A stretch of DNA of 64,000 nt from Sedimentisphaerales bacterium. Lineage in GTDB: Bacteria > Planctomycetota > Phycisphaerae > Sedimentisphaerales > Anaerobacaceae. The notes under the pieces are model-generated. The model saw only the letters and a list, made by a program, of their open reading frames with translations, was not told the origin of the DNA and did no database searches. Positions 40,824 to 51,518 of the stretch are shown here, piece by piece. Position numbers and translations under genes: made by a program. Each line of letters begins with the position of its first letter. Within the stretch, counting starts at the first letter, position 1. Where the stretch lies: contig OY970194.1 of NCBI GenBank assembly GCA_963708075.1, positions 4,000,001 to 4,064,000 on the forward strand, read 5' to 3'.

Positions 40824-42418
40824 ACCATCGATCCTCCATCGAAGTACACGCTGAGATCATCGAATAATTGACTGGAGAAGAGCAGCTTGCGGAATCTCAT
40901 GAGCTCGTCATGGAAAATCGCTTGATTGTCGTACACCTTGAAGTCCTTTGCGAGCAACTCGTAAACGCGCCGGCACCCGCTCCCAAGGCCGGGGGCATTG
41001 CGGAACGAAAGCGCCTGCATATCTGCGAGCACTTCGACGGTCAGAATATGCTTGGCGTTGCTCACCGCCTTGAACGCCTTTCTTGCCGCTACGGTTCCCA
41101 TGCTCACGACATCCTGGTTCGATGCGTTGCAGGAAATCGACAGCGTTCCCACGGGATTCGCAAGATGCCGATTTTCCGCCGTGGTTGAGGTGGCGACGTA
41201 CTGAGCCCCCATGAATCCCATGGTCAGCCCCGCCTGGCCTGCGATCAACAGCTCAGGCAATCCTTCATTGAGGTGCTTGTCCAGAAGCTTGTTGATCCGC
41301 CGTTCCGAGAGAGTGCTCATCACAGCCACCGCCATGCACAGAGAGTCCATCGCAAACGCTATGCTCTGTCCGTGGAAGTTGCCTCCGTGAATGATCTTCT
41401 CTTTTTCGGGGATGACCACGGGGTTGTCATTGACGGAATTGGCTTCCACGCAAACCGTCCTCGTCATCTGTTCGATCGTCTCCTGGACCGGAGCGAGGAT
41501 CTGGGGCGTGCAGCGAATCGAGTACACATCCTGGACATTGATGTCCGTCTCGAAGGAGACTCCTTCCGCTTTGCCCTGGCGAATACGATCGTGTAATTCG
41601 CTTCGCCGCGTTATGTTTCGTGATCCCTGGTAAAGGTGGCGTATCGTCTCTGCGATGCGCTGCTGCCCCGGATGTGGCTTGACCCGATGCAGATCCTCAT
41701 CGAAGGCATCATCGATACCGCCAAAGATCTCGAGCGCAAAGGCGGCCGTGACGGAACTCAGCGACAGCAGTTTTCTGGCTCCAAACAGTGCAAAGGCCGC
41801 CAGGGCAGTCATGGCGCTGGTGCCATTGATCAGAGCAAGACCTTCCTTGAAACTCAGCCGGAATGGCGTCAGACCCTCTGCTTTCAGGGCCTCTCCAGCA
41901 GTCGTCAACTGCCCTTTGTGAAAGACCGCTCCCTCGCCGATAATCGCCAGGGCCAGGTGGGCAAGATGCACAAGGTCCCCGGAGGCGCCGACGCTTCCAC
42001 ACTCCGGAATATATGGGGCAATACCCGCATTAATCATGTCCCGCATCAGTTCCAGCAGCGTCACTCGCACGCCGCTGTAGCCTTTGACCAGCGTGTTGAG
42101 CCGCACGGCCATAACAGCCTGCGCGATGTAGTACTTCAGAGGATCCCCCAGACCCGCCGCATGGCTGCGGATCAGATTCACCTGCAAATCGCCCAGATCA
42201 TCATCGGCGATGATCTTGTTGCACATGGGACCAAAAGAAGTGTTCACTCCGTAGATGATCCGTCGAGCAGCGACCTCCTGCTCGAGAAATGCCCGGCTTC
42301 GCCGGCATCGGTCCAGGGCCGCGGCATCCAAGGCTACCGCCTTGTCGCCAACGCCGATCGCCACAACATCGTCGATCGTCAGATCATTGCCATTGAGGAC
42401 TACTTCAGGCCGTTTCAT
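40820..42418 (-). CDS. MIO-dependent aromatic amino acid ammonia-lyase (HAL/PAL/TAL family)
   Basis: 'IYGVNTSFG', GASGD (MIO), 'KEGLALINGT', 'QDVYSIRC', 'GGNFHG'. Confidence 0.93.
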   Translation of the reverse strand: MKRPEVVLNGNDLTIDDVVAIGVGDKAVALDAAALDRCRRSRAFLEQEVAARRIIYGVNTSFGPMCNKIIADDDLGDLQVNLIRSHAAGLGDPLKYYIAQAVMAVRLNTLVKGYSGVRVTLLELMRDMINAGIAPYIPECGSVGASGDLVHLAHLALAIIGEGAVFHKGQLTTAGEALKAEGLTPFRLSFKEGLALINGTSAMTALAAFALFGARKLLSLSSVTAAFALEIFGGIDDAFDEDLHRVKPHPGQQRIAETIRHLYQGSRNITRRSELHDRIRQGKAEGVSFETDINVQDVYSIRCTPQILAPVQETIEQMTRTVCVEANSVNDNPVVIPEKEKIIHGGNFHGQSIAFAMDSLCMAVAVMSTLSERRINKLLDKHLNEGLPELLIAGQAGLTMGFMGAQYVATSTTAENRHLANPVGTLSISCNASNQDVVSMGTVAARKAFKAVSNAKHILTVEVLADMQALSFRNAPGLGSGCRRVYELLAKDFKVYDNQAIFHDELMRFRKLLFSSQLFDDLSVYFDGGSMV

Positions 42419-43763
42419 GACAAACCCGTCCTCTCTCTGGTTCGGTGGTCAAATACGAGCACAGGCTTGCGGCGTCCCTCGATCCTGGTGCGTTTCTGTA
42501 TCTCATCGGCTGGGACAATGGCCACGTCTAATGTCACACGAACCCGTCCCCGAATCCGCTCGGAAATCTCCCGCTCGGTCAGACGGGCCCCATCCTCAAG
42601 TCCAACGGCCACCCGGACGCGATCCGACAACTCATGATCCTCGTACACATCCAGGCAATAATTGCGAATCCCTTCCAGACTCTGCAGGGCGGCAAAGATC
42701 GCCGGAGGGTACAGTGTCGTGCCACGCACTTTGAGCATCTGCGCCTTGCGACCCAGGACCGGCCCGAGTCGATAGGTCTTGCGGCCGCAAGGGCACGCAT
42801 CCGTCAACAGGGCCGCAATATCTCCCGTACTCAATCGCAGCAGGGGCATCCCTGTCACCTGCAGGGGCGTTGCCACGACTTCGCCGGCCTGGCCCGGCGG
42901 GACCGGCTCGCCGGCCTCGTTCAGGATTTCAACGGCAATCAGATCCGGCAAAACATGGCCACCTCCGCGCCCCTGGGCACATTCCGTGAACGATGTGGCC
43001 ATCTCGGTGCTGGCATACGTCCCCAGCACCTGTGCCGACCACAGGTCATGCAAGCGTCGGCCCAGGGCAGACAGTGACAGGTCTTCATCCCGGACCGGCT
43101 CGCCAATACAGATCAGCCTGCCAATCGCCAATCCCGCGGGATTGCCCCCTCGTTCGCGCAGCAGACGCCCCGCCTCCAGGAGCATTGAGGGAACCCCGAT
43201 GATGGCCGTAGGCTTGTGCAACAGGATCGCTTCGGCTACCAGGGAAACACTGCCGGCGCCGCGCGGATCGCCGTGGCTCCGATGCGTCGCAGCCCCTCGA
43301 AATAGGCCAGTCCCGCCATGAAGCAGCGATCCAGGGCGCATGCGATCAGGACCCGGTCCCGGGCCGTGAGACCGGCGGCCAGGAAACACATTTGCTCGTT
43401 GTATGCAAGACGCCGCAGGTCCTTTTCGGTCTGCAGCAGAGCAACGGGTGCTCCTGTCGTGCCGGAGGTCTGGCAAACGTCCACCACCTGACTCTCGGGC
43501 ACACAGAGCAGCTCATCTCCATGTTCCGCCAAGTCCGCCTTGGTGGTCAAGGGTAGACGACGCAAATCCGCTACACACTGAACATCCTGCGGTTTCACGC
43601 CGGCGCGATCGAATCGCTGCCGGTAGAAACGGGAGTGTTCATAGCAGTAATGAACGTGATCGGCCAGAAGCCTATTCGTACACGCGGAGAGCCACTCGAC
43701 GGACTCGAACGACACGTGTCCAGCATCTTTGGGCTCCGGCCGGTCCGTCGATCCCCAATCCAT
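42415..43763 (-). CDS. PaaK-like acyl-CoA ligase, frameshift near 43260
   Basis: 'LPLTTKADL', 'TSGTTG' in 43236-43790; 'YASTE', 'PLLRLSTGD', 'GR..MLKVRG' in 42415-43476. Confidence 0.88.
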
Positions 43764-43770
43764 GAACTGA

Positions 43771-44583
43771 TCACGACCGATTCCCAGCAAGGCAGGCTCC
43801 CATCAACTGTTTCACGCGTTTTCGCAACTCGATATGTCCTGTCTCGCCTTGAAAGGCCTTCGGCTCGATCGGCTCGAGGCACTCCAGCCGGACGTCGGCA
43901 GGCGACATCCAGCGACGTCCTCGGGGCAGCATCTGGTCGGTCCCTGAGATGCAGATCGGCGCGATGGGAACATTGAACTGCAGCGCCAGCTTGAATGCCC
44001 CGGAATAGAACCGGCCGAGCTGCCCGTCACGACTGCGATGCCCCTGAGGAAACAGCAGGATGGAACGCCCCTCGTCAAAGAGGTACTGCATCCTCTGCAC
44101 GATTTGCTCCCAAGGCAGCTGCTCCACATCCACATATTCCGCCCATCGCATGAATGGCGCGTACCAGGCTAACTTGAAGGGCCAGGATCGCAGGCAAATC
44201 ACCACGTCAAATACCGGCATGGCAGACAAAAAGAAAATGTCGAAAAAGGACAGATGGTTCGCCACGTAGATGTAGGGTCCATTGTGCCGCGAGCAATCGG
44301 TCCCCGTCACCTTGAGACGAATGAAGGGCGATACGATCCATAGCCAGACACGCCCATACATCCAGATGAAATGACGCATGATCTTCGACACCGGCCAACG
44401 CGTCGCCGGTAACCACAGGACCAACAATAACGGAGAAATCGCCAGCGCGATCAGCGTCTCCAGAACCATCAGGACCAGCACCCAGAGGTTCATCAGAACG
44501 ATCGCCAAGAATACGACCTTGGATCGCTGTTGTCCCACTGGAATTGCGTTTTCTGCGCACTTCCCCATGTTCGTACACCCCAC
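43771..44583 (-). CDS. PlsC-type lysophospholipid acyltransferase
   Basis: NHLSFFD, FPQGHRS, 'FYSGAF'. Confidence 0.88.
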   Translation of the reverse strand: MGCTNMGKCAENAIPVGQQRSKVVFLAIVLMNLWVLVLMVLETLIALAISPLLLVLWLPATRWPVSKIMRHFIWMYGRVWLWIVSPFIRLKVTGTDCSRHNGPYIYVANHLSFFDIFFLSAMPVFDVVICLRSWPFKLAWYAPFMRWAEYVDVEQLPWEQIVQRMQYLFDEGRSILLFPQGHRSRDGQLGRFYSGAFKLALQFNVPIAPICISGTDQMLPRGRRWMSPADVRLECLEPIEPKAFQGETGHIELRKRVKQLMGACLAGNRS

Positions 44584-44616
44584 AGGGTTCTTCTATCCCG
44601 CGCTCGTGGCAGGATC

Positions 44617-44886
44617 CTACCCTTTTGCGGAGCCCTCCATCTCCCGCTTCTTCTCGATCACGAGGCGATGCAGATCGCCCAAGGTTCGCACCTCACGGAC
44701 ACGAGGCTCTTCTCGAAGAGTTACCCCGAAGGCCTGCTGCAATACGACGACGACATCAACAAAATCCAAGCTGTCGAAGCCCAGACCTTCCACCAGATGA
44801 GCGTCCGGCGTCATCACGCCGGGGTCCAGCTCGAATTCATTGATAAGACTCCGATTGACTAACTCGATTACCTCGCTATCTGTCAC
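44617..44886 (-). CDS. Acyl carrier protein 1
   Basis: 'LGFDSLDFVD' phosphopantetheine site; GTG start. Confidence 0.9.
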   Translation of the reverse strand: MTDSEVIELVNRSLINEFELDPGVMTPDAHLVEGLGFDSLDFVDVVVVLQQAFGVTLREEPRVREVRTLGDLHRLVIEKKREMEGSAKG

Positions 44887-46141
44887 TAATCGATCTCCTG
44901 ATGACCATGGCCGAGTTGACTCCACCCAGCGCAAAATTGTTGGATATCGCCGCCTCAACCTGCCGATGCTCGATGTTCGTCAGGAGGTTCAGGCGGCCGC
45001 ACGTATCATCCGGCCGGTGCAAATTCCGCGTGGGCAGCAGCAGGCCGTGGCGCAGCATCAGGAAGGTGGCGATGATTTCCAGCCCGCCACAGGCGGCCAT
45101 CGTGTGTCCCATATGCCCCTTCAGGCTGCTGACGGGTATGTCACGACCCAACACTCTCTCCACTGCCTCGCACTCAGCCACATCACCCCGGATCGTTCCG
45201 GTGGCGTGTGCATTCAGGTAGCCGATTTGCTCCCGGCAAAGTCCCGATTCCTCCACGGCCGTCTGCATGCACTCCACCATCGATTCGAGCCCAGGATTCG
45301 CCATGTCTTCCGGCGATCCGTTTACAGCGAACCCGCAGATTTCCCCCAGGATGTCCGCCCTCCTGGCACGAGCATGCTCCAGGCTTTCCAGGATCACAAT
45401 GCCTGCCCCTTCGCCGCAGACGATCCCATCGCGGTCCCGATCAAAGGGCCGAGGCGTCATGTCGGGTTGCTCATTGTACGCACGAGACGACGCTTCCAGC
45501 GTGTCAAACACTCCGACAGTCAAGGCGTGAAGCTCGTCCGCCCCTCCGCAGATCATGATATCCTGCTTGCCCAAAGCGATGCTCTCAGCCGCCAATCCGA
45601 CGGCGATCGTCCCGGTTGCACATGCCGCCGATGGGGCCAGGAGCCGGCCGCGAATCCCAAGGACCTGGGCAAGGTTCGATGCACAGGAGTTGTTCATGAT
45701 CTTGAAGAAATGTGTCGATTTGACACCCTCGATACTTCCGTCCTTAAGCACTTCCCCAAACACGTGCTCAATCTCCTGCGTGCTGCCTGTGGTCGAGCCC
45801 ACACACACACCGGCTCGAAGATCCGGCAAAGCCTCAGGTGTCAGTCCGGCCATGCGTATTGCCTCGTGCGCAGCAATGGTGGCGTAGATGGACATCCTGG
45901 ACATATACCTGCGTTTCTTGCGATCAATCCACTGGGCATCCACCTCCGGAACAGTGGCCGCCACGGTCGTGCGCAGCCCCTTTATTTCAGCAAGCATGGG
46001 ACAATGGCGCACGGCCGTTTGTCCCTCCACCAAAGCTTGCCACATGACTGGCACGCCACAGCCAAACGGTGTTACCGCCCCAAGACCCGTGACCACCACC
46101 CGTTGCTGCGCTACATGATTGTCCGTACGTCGTAAGCTCAT
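44876..46141 (-). CDS. Beta-ketoacyl-ACP synthase (FabF-like)
   Basis: SAACATG, NAHATGT, KGHMGHT. Confidence 0.92.
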   Translation of the reverse strand: MSLRRTDNHVAQQRVVVTGLGAVTPFGCGVPVMWQALVEGQTAVRHCPMLAEIKGLRTTVAATVPEVDAQWIDRKKRRYMSRMSIYATIAAHEAIRMAGLTPEALPDLRAGVCVGSTTGSTQEIEHVFGEVLKDGSIEGVKSTHFFKIMNNSCASNLAQVLGIRGRLLAPSAACATGTIAVGLAAESIALGKQDIMICGGADELHALTVGVFDTLEASSRAYNEQPDMTPRPFDRDRDGIVCGEGAGIVILESLEHARARRADILGEICGFAVNGSPEDMANPGLESMVECMQTAVEESGLCREQIGYLNAHATGTIRGDVAECEAVERVLGRDIPVSSLKGHMGHTMAACGGLEIIATFLMLRHGLLLPTRNLHRPDDTCGRLNLLTNIEHRQVEAAISNNFALGGVNSAMVIRRSISDR

Positions 46142-47571
46142 CAGACTATGCAACTCTCCGTGAGAAAACTGGCGCACAAGGCCCCCAACACACCGGGTGC
46201 AGCCACCGCCTGACCGGACAGATACAACCCCTTTGCCGACGTTCGGGGCAACAGGGGCATGTCCACCATCCGGTGCTTGATCCCGTATAACCCGCCTTCA
46301 GGACTGCTGAGCCTGTCCCGGAACGTAAAGGGTGTAGCCATATCCAACGGCTCAAAACTGCCCAGCACATCATGGGCACAACTGGACAGACGGTTCGTAA
46401 GACGGTCAGTCAATCTCATTTTCCAGTCCTGGTAACCTTCAGGTCGCCCACACCTGCCGCTATCGCCATTGCCAGGCACGTCTGCAAGACTCGCCGGGCA
46501 GATCACCGACACAGCGTTCGTCCCCGCGGAAGAACTGACAAACAAGGGACGTTCTTCCACGGGCAGGCACATCCAATTGCCGATCTGCGGCTCGGTGGCA
46601 AGAATCAGATTGCCCGCAAAAGCTGTGGATTGACATTGCCCGTACAGAACTACGGCCGACGGCGTCTCCTCAAGACTGCGGACCCGCTTCCGATAGGCCG
46701 GAGAAAACGCGTTCGGCGGCACCATCTCCAGCATGAGTCTCGGATGCGCCGTATGGATGCACCTGCCACCAGACAGCCTCTCACCCGTTGCCAACTCCAC
46801 GGCAGTGAACTCACCTTCCTCATTCAGACAGATGCGAGAAACCTCCCGGCTGCACAACAACTCCACCTGTGCATCACTCAACGCCTTCTCAAAGGCGTCC
46901 ACCCAAACCCGGCCCCCACCCCTGATCAGATGGGTGGATTCATAGTAGGAGCCTGCAACCTGGCTGTGGAACAGCAGGGAGGTCTCCTTCGCGACAGTCC
47001 CATAGAGGATCCCGTGAGAACTTAGAAGGCCTTGGAGCACTGGATTGCCGGTGCAGCGGTCGAGCGCCTGCTGAAGATCGCATCCCCCGCTCATGAAGAG
47101 CGCACCGAGATTCCTGCCGCGGTCCCGCATGAACGTCGTCCGACTTTGTTCCGACAGCAGCCGTACTTCCGCCAGGAAGGATCTTAACCCCTGGCAATCC
47201 ACTGGAAAAACACGGCACAGATCCCGTTCCAGCATCTCCCAACCCTGAGGAAAGGAGAAATCAAACGCCGGTTTCGAAAACCGGACATGATCGACCGTGT
47301 CCGGAGTGTGCGTGGCGCCGGCCATCTGGTCAGCAAGTCCCAACTCACAGAGCAGCCAGTGCAGGAGGCCATCATGCCCCATCGAGCTGGCATAATGGAA
47401 GCCGGAATCCATGTAGGTGCCCCGTCGGGAGAAACCACGCAGCGTCGGCGACAGGTGCGGGGATCGCTCGGCAACAGCTACTCGCTCACCTCTGCGAGCG
47501 CGCAACAGAGCGCAAGCCAGTCCGGCCACTCCCCCACCAATGATGATCGTATCGTACATGGGAGTTGCCAT
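46141..47571 (-). CDS. Phytoene-dehydrogenase-like FAD oxidoreductase
   Basis: GGGVAGL, 'DSGFHY', 'ATPFTFRD...GGLYG', 'GLYLSGQ...PGVLGA'. Confidence 0.87.
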   Translation of the reverse strand: MATPMYDTIIIGGGVAGLACALLRARRGERVAVAERSPHLSPTLRGFSRRGTYMDSGFHYASSMGHDGLLHWLLCELGLADQMAGATHTPDTVDHVRFSKPAFDFSFPQGWEMLERDLCRVFPVDCQGLRSFLAEVRLLSEQSRTTFMRDRGRNLGALFMSGGCDLQQALDRCTGNPVLQGLLSSHGILYGTVAKETSLLFHSQVAGSYYESTHLIRGGGRVWVDAFEKALSDAQVELLCSREVSRICLNEEGEFTAVELATGERLSGGRCIHTAHPRLMLEMVPPNAFSPAYRKRVRSLEETPSAVVLYGQCQSTAFAGNLILATEPQIGNWMCLPVEERPLFVSSSAGTNAVSVICPASLADVPGNGDSGRCGRPEGYQDWKMRLTDRLTNRLSSCAHDVLGSFEPLDMATPFTFRDRLSSPEGGLYGIKHRMVDMPLLPRTSAKGLYLSGQAVAAPGVLGALCASFLTESCIV

Positions 47572-47699
47572 GGATACCAACCTTGCGACACGAGCATATC
47601 GCCACCATACACGTCTCTGGGGAAAGGGCAATCAAACTCGCACTTCCCATAGAGCCACCAGCCTTTTGTCTGTATTCCGTTTCCGGCCTACCGCCATAG

Positions 47700-47727
47700 C
47701 TTATAGCCTGCTGCCTGATCCCTGCAA
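47700..47727 (-). promoter_or_regulatory. Putative internal promoter of the long minus-strand operon
   Basis: TTGCAG-16-TATAAG. Confidence 0.45.
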
Positions 47728-47774
47728 GGAATATTTTCGGTCTAGCGTGAGGTGCCCATCATTCTTTCTATTCC

Positions 47775-48806
47775 TCAAGACCCGTGCTCCGTTGTGCGTA
47801 AAGCGAGAACCTCCTTCGGGGAGGACGCCTGCGTATGGTCGCAGAAGAAGTCCCAGATGACCTGGGATACCTCGAATGTCCGAAGCGGATGATCCTGCGG
47901 CAGTCGCGCGATGTTGCGCATGCCCGGCCATGCATGTTCCCAATCATCCAGGATGTGAAGAACGGCCCATGTGCCGCCTGCATCATCCCGCCAAGCCATG
48001 ATGCGTTGCCCCCCTTGCGGGTCATCGCGGACTTCCGGTACAGACGCGCACCCACAGTATCGAGCCCAGAGTCTGACCGACTCGACCACTGAGACATACC
48101 GCCGTCCGCCACTGCGAAGCCCGGGTCCACCCTTAAATGGAACGCTCCTGTCTTCCCGGCCATGAACTGCAATCAGAGGCACCGGGAGTTCCGGCGGTCC
48201 TATCCGGCGTGTAGCTCCCTTCCGGCCTTTTGAACTGCCTATTGAGCCGGCGACGATGCCGACCCCTGCGATGGATTCACAATTCTCCGAGGCAAAACGA
48301 TAGGCGAGCATCGCACCGTTGGAATGGCCAACGACGTAGATGCGCTGCTGATCGATGTGGAGTTCGTTCGAAACGTCGCGAATCACACAGCGCAGGAACT
48401 CTGAATCATCTACGTGATCCATTTCTGCCAGCCCGCAGCAGTGTCCTGCATTCCAGTGCTGCAGAAATCCAAAGAGACCGATTCCGTTGGGATAAGCGAC
48501 CACGAAGCCTTCGCGATCAGCGAGAGCACTATACCCCGATCCTGCCTCCATAGCCTTCGCTGTGCTAAAAGCACCGTGAAGCACGAGGACCAGAGGCCAA
48601 GCCTTTCGCTTGTCGTAGTTCTGAGGAACATGCAGCAAGTAGTCTCGGGCGGACAAGCCGTAATGAAGCCGGGTTGCTCGATAGTACGTACTTGGCGGCG
48701 AAGTCCTGCAGCCGGGCAATATAGCAAGGGCCCCCGCGCAGATCAACATGACATGACAGGGTGAAACTCGTCCGATGTCGTCCATAGCGTCCCCCCGCTG
48801 AGGCAA
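47775..48806 (-). CDS. PHB-depolymerase/LpqC-type esterase, probable lipoprotein
   Basis: 'LVLVLHG', 'WNAGHCCG', GHSNG nucleophile, 'HG.ED..VP', 'HAWPG'. Confidence 0.85.
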   Translation of the reverse strand: MPQRGDAMDDIGRVSPCHVMLICAGALAILPGCRTSPPSTYYRATRLHYGLSARDYLLHVPQNYDKRKAWPLVLVLHGAFSTAKAMEAGSGYSALADREGFVVAYPNGIGLFGFLQHWNAGHCCGLAEMDHVDDSEFLRCVIRDVSNELHIDQQRIYVVGHSNGAMLAYRFASENCESIAGVGIVAGSIGSSKGRKGATRRIGPPELPVPLIAVHGREDRSVPFKGGPGLRSGGRRYVSVVESVRLWARYCGCASVPEVRDDPQGGQRIMAWRDDAGGTWAVLHILDDWEHAWPGMRNIARLPQDHPLRTFEVSQVIWDFFCDHTQASSPKEVLALRTTEHGS

Positions 48807-48905
48807 TATTCATCCCCAATCGATCGATCACGAGCGACAGTACGGCCGAGGGAAGAGCGCGTGCGGAAATGCAGCAATTGGTGGATTCCGCGATCAGGAG
48901 TGTGC

Positions 48906-50129
48906 TTACGGGCGAAGCCGCAGAGCCAGACAGGAATTGGTGCCGCCAAATCCAGCCGAGTTGCACAGGACGATGCGGGGCGGGCTATCGAGCCGGTCGG
49001 TCAGGATCCGCAGTTTCTCACTGTATTGGTCAGGCCGCTCGAAGTTGACGTTAGCTGCTGTGAACCCGTTTTCCGCCATCAAAACGCAATACACGGCCTG
49101 AGCGGCGCCGGCCATCCACAGTTCATGCCCAACCATGCCCTTGAGCGAGGCCACCGGCGGACGGCAGGTATCCCCGAAGAGACGGTGGATTCCAATGGCT
49201 TCCACGCCATCTCCGACCGGGGTCCCCGTCGCGTGGGCGCAGACATAACTTACGTCCTCGATTGGGATTCCGGCCTCTCGCACGGCCAGCGTCATCGCCC
49301 GAAACAATCCATCTTCGCAGGGAACCGAGATGTTGGAGCCATCTGAGGAAAAACCATAGCCCAAGACTTCGCCCAGAATAGGAGCTTGACGCTCCTGGGC
49401 CAGGTCGTATCGCTCCAGGACCAGAGCTGCGGCCCCACCGCTGGGAACTAAGCCATCCCGACCTGCATCGAAGGGCCGGCACGCTTGGTGCGGCTCAGAA
49501 GTGTGCGTGGAGAATGCGTCGAGCGCGTCAAAGCTGCACATGGACTGCCAGTTCAGTTCTTGCGCTCCACCACATATGACCCGGTCCTGCCGTCCCAGAC
49601 GTATCAAATCCGCCGCCTGGCCAATAGCATGACCGCCGCTGCTGCATGCGGCACTGAGGGTCCAACAGGCGCCCCGGGTCTTGAACAGGGCAGTCAGATT
49701 CATGGTGATGTTGGAGACCATGGAGCAGAAGACATGGCCGCTGCCTATGACGCTGGTGGTGCGGTGCTGCCTGACAAGATCCACCTGGTCAATCGCGGCC
49801 AGGCAACTGGAGTCGCATCCGAACACCATGCCTGTGCGGTCGTTTTGGAGTTCCTCCGGGTCCAGTCGCGCGTCGCGGACCGCGTCTGCAGCCGCCGCAT
49901 ACGCCTGAACGGCGAAATCCGTCATCGTTCTTCTCGCCTTGCGGTTCAGATAGCGCGTGGCGTCAAAACCCGCAATACGTGTCGTTAGCGGACTGCGAAA
50001 ACCCAAGGCCACTCGCTCGGGGTCGATCTCTACCGCGGATTCACCACGATAGAGTTTTCGGGCGACCGTTTCTCTGTCTGTTCCCAGACAGGAGATAATC
50101 CCGACCCCAGTGATGGCGACTCGGTTCAT
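48906..50129 (-). CDS. Beta-ketoacyl-ACP synthase (FabB-like)
   Basis: SAACSSG, CAHATGT, KGMVGHE. Confidence 0.92.
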   Translation of the reverse strand: MNRVAITGVGIISCLGTDRETVARKLYRGESAVEIDPERVALGFRSPLTTRIAGFDATRYLNRKARRTMTDFAVQAYAAAADAVRDARLDPEELQNDRTGMVFGCDSSCLAAIDQVDLVRQHRTTSVIGSGHVFCSMVSNITMNLTALFKTRGACWTLSAACSSGGHAIGQAADLIRLGRQDRVICGGAQELNWQSMCSFDALDAFSTHTSEPHQACRPFDAGRDGLVPSGGAAALVLERYDLAQERQAPILGEVLGYGFSSDGSNISVPCEDGLFRAMTLAVREAGIPIEDVSYVCAHATGTPVGDGVEAIGIHRLFGDTCRPPVASLKGMVGHELWMAGAAQAVYCVLMAENGFTAANVNFERPDQYSEKLRILTDRLDSPPRIVLCNSAGFGGTNSCLALRLRP

Positions 50130-50170
50130 CTTCACCTCATGACTGTGTTCGCGATTGTGATGGATCGTCG

Positions 50171-50902
50171 CTACATGTAGATCCCGCCGTTGACGCTCAG
50201 GACCTGCCCTGTGATGTACGACGCATCCTCGGAGCACAGGAAGGCCACAACAGCCGCAACTTCTTCACATGTACCGAAGCGGTGCATGGGAATCACCTTG
50301 AGCAAATCGGCCTTTGGCAGATCCTTGGTCATATCCGTCTCAATGAAACCGGGAGAAACCGCGTTGACCAGGACACCACTGCGGGCGACCTCCTTGGCCA
50401 GGGCACGAGTCGCGCCGATCAGACCTGCCTTGGCGGCGGAGTAGTTCACCTGCCCCGGCATGCCGGTCTGGCCGGAGGTCGATACGATGTTGATGATGCG
50501 GCCCCGCTTCTTCTGCATCATCAGGCCTACCACGCGGCTGGTCACATGATAGAAACCATCCAAGCTGACACTGAGCACGTCCTTCCAGTTCTCCTTCGAC
50601 ATCCAGAACAGCAGGCCGTCGCGGTTGATGCCGGAGTTGTTCACCAGCACATATGGACACTGCTCCCCGAGCATTTTCTCCAACGCCTCCTTGGTAGCCC
50701 GCTCGTCGGACACGTCAAACGGCAGAAGTGTGCAATCGCGTCCGGCTTCCCGAACCCGGGCGGCCACGGCCTCGGCGGCCTCGTGATTGCTCTTGTAGTT
50801 CAGCCATATCTCATAGCCATCCCTGGCCAGACGAACAGCAATGGCCGCACCAATGCCTCTGGATGCGCCCGTAATCAAAGCGATACCCTGACCGCTTGCC
50901 AT
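50171..50902 (-). CDS. fabG: 3-oxoacyl-ACP reductase
   Basis: TGASRGIG, NNSG, YSAAK, 'PGFIETDM'; GGAGG SD. Confidence 0.93.
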   Translation of the reverse strand: MASGQGIALITGASRGIGAAIAVRLARDGYEIWLNYKSNHEAAEAVAARVREAGRDCTLLPFDVSDERATKEALEKMLGEQCPYVLVNNSGINRDGLLFWMSKENWKDVLSVSLDGFYHVTSRVVGLMMQKKRGRIINIVSTSGQTGMPGQVNYSAAKAGLIGATRALAKEVARSGVLVNAVSPGFIETDMTKDLPKADLLKVIPMHRFGTCEEVAAVVAFLCSEDASYITGQVLSVNGGIYM

Positions 50903-50986
50903 GAAGCCTCCCGAATGGGCCATTTCATCTTCTATTCCACAGGGTCGATCGTATATGCCACAGGCAGACCCGCCATCAGACTCTCT

Positions 50987-51014
50987 AAGATAGCCAAGAC
51001 GATTTCACTGTCAA
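50987..51014 (-). promoter_or_regulatory. Putative promoter of the fabG arm
   Basis: TTGACA-16-TATCTT. Confidence 0.5.
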
Positions 51015-51263
51015 CACCTTTTGAAGGACATCGCAAAGGTACATGAGGGCAAATGGGGTCTCGACGAAGACGTCCTCGGAAGGCCATGATCATGCTAATT
51101 CAGTGCATATCTGACAAAGTCAGACTATACAGCACCCCGTCGTCTCTGGTAAGCTGCGTTCATGTGATTAGGTCGGCCCTGCTGGATAATCTCAGCACCG
51201 CTCGTGCGTGAGGAATGCACCGGTTGGACTCCGGCCAGTTGATCGTCAGGAGAATTGTTTCTC

Positions 51264-51518
51264 ATGGATATCAAACAGAGACTCAAGCAAGTCATTGTGG
51301 AAGACTTGAATCTTGAGGAAACAACACCCGAGCAAATTCGTGACGATGCGGCCCTGTTTGGAGAAGGGATCGGGCTGGACTCGCTCGATGCGGTAGAACT
51401 GGTGGTTGTTGTAAAGAGGCATTTCGGAGTCGAAATCAAAGACATGACGGAAGGCCGCACGGCATTTGCCTCGATCAGTTCGCTGGCAAAATTCATTGAG
51501 GAACGTATGACGCGATGA
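51264..51518 (+). CDS. Acyl carrier protein 2 (aryl-polyene type)
   Basis: 'LFGEGIGLDSLDAVEL'. Confidence 0.92.
   Translation: MDIKQRLKQVIVEDLNLEETTPEQIRDDAALFGEGIGLDSLDAVELVVVVKRHFGVEIKDMTEGRTAFASISSLAKFIEERMTR

Noticed and set aside
40820..42418. Catabolic hutH
   Set aside because: No hutU/I/G in the window; embedded in a biosynthetic operon; lacks the QED motif
47688..47695. ops-like GGCGGTAG at the head of the long operon
   Set aside because: Lacks the following nnTG, overlaps the predicted TSS, and an 8-mer is expected by chance in GC-rich DNA
50930..51250. Cobalamin riboswitch in the divergent intergenic region
   Set aside because: No B12-box or conserved core recognisable by eye; an Infernal search would settle it
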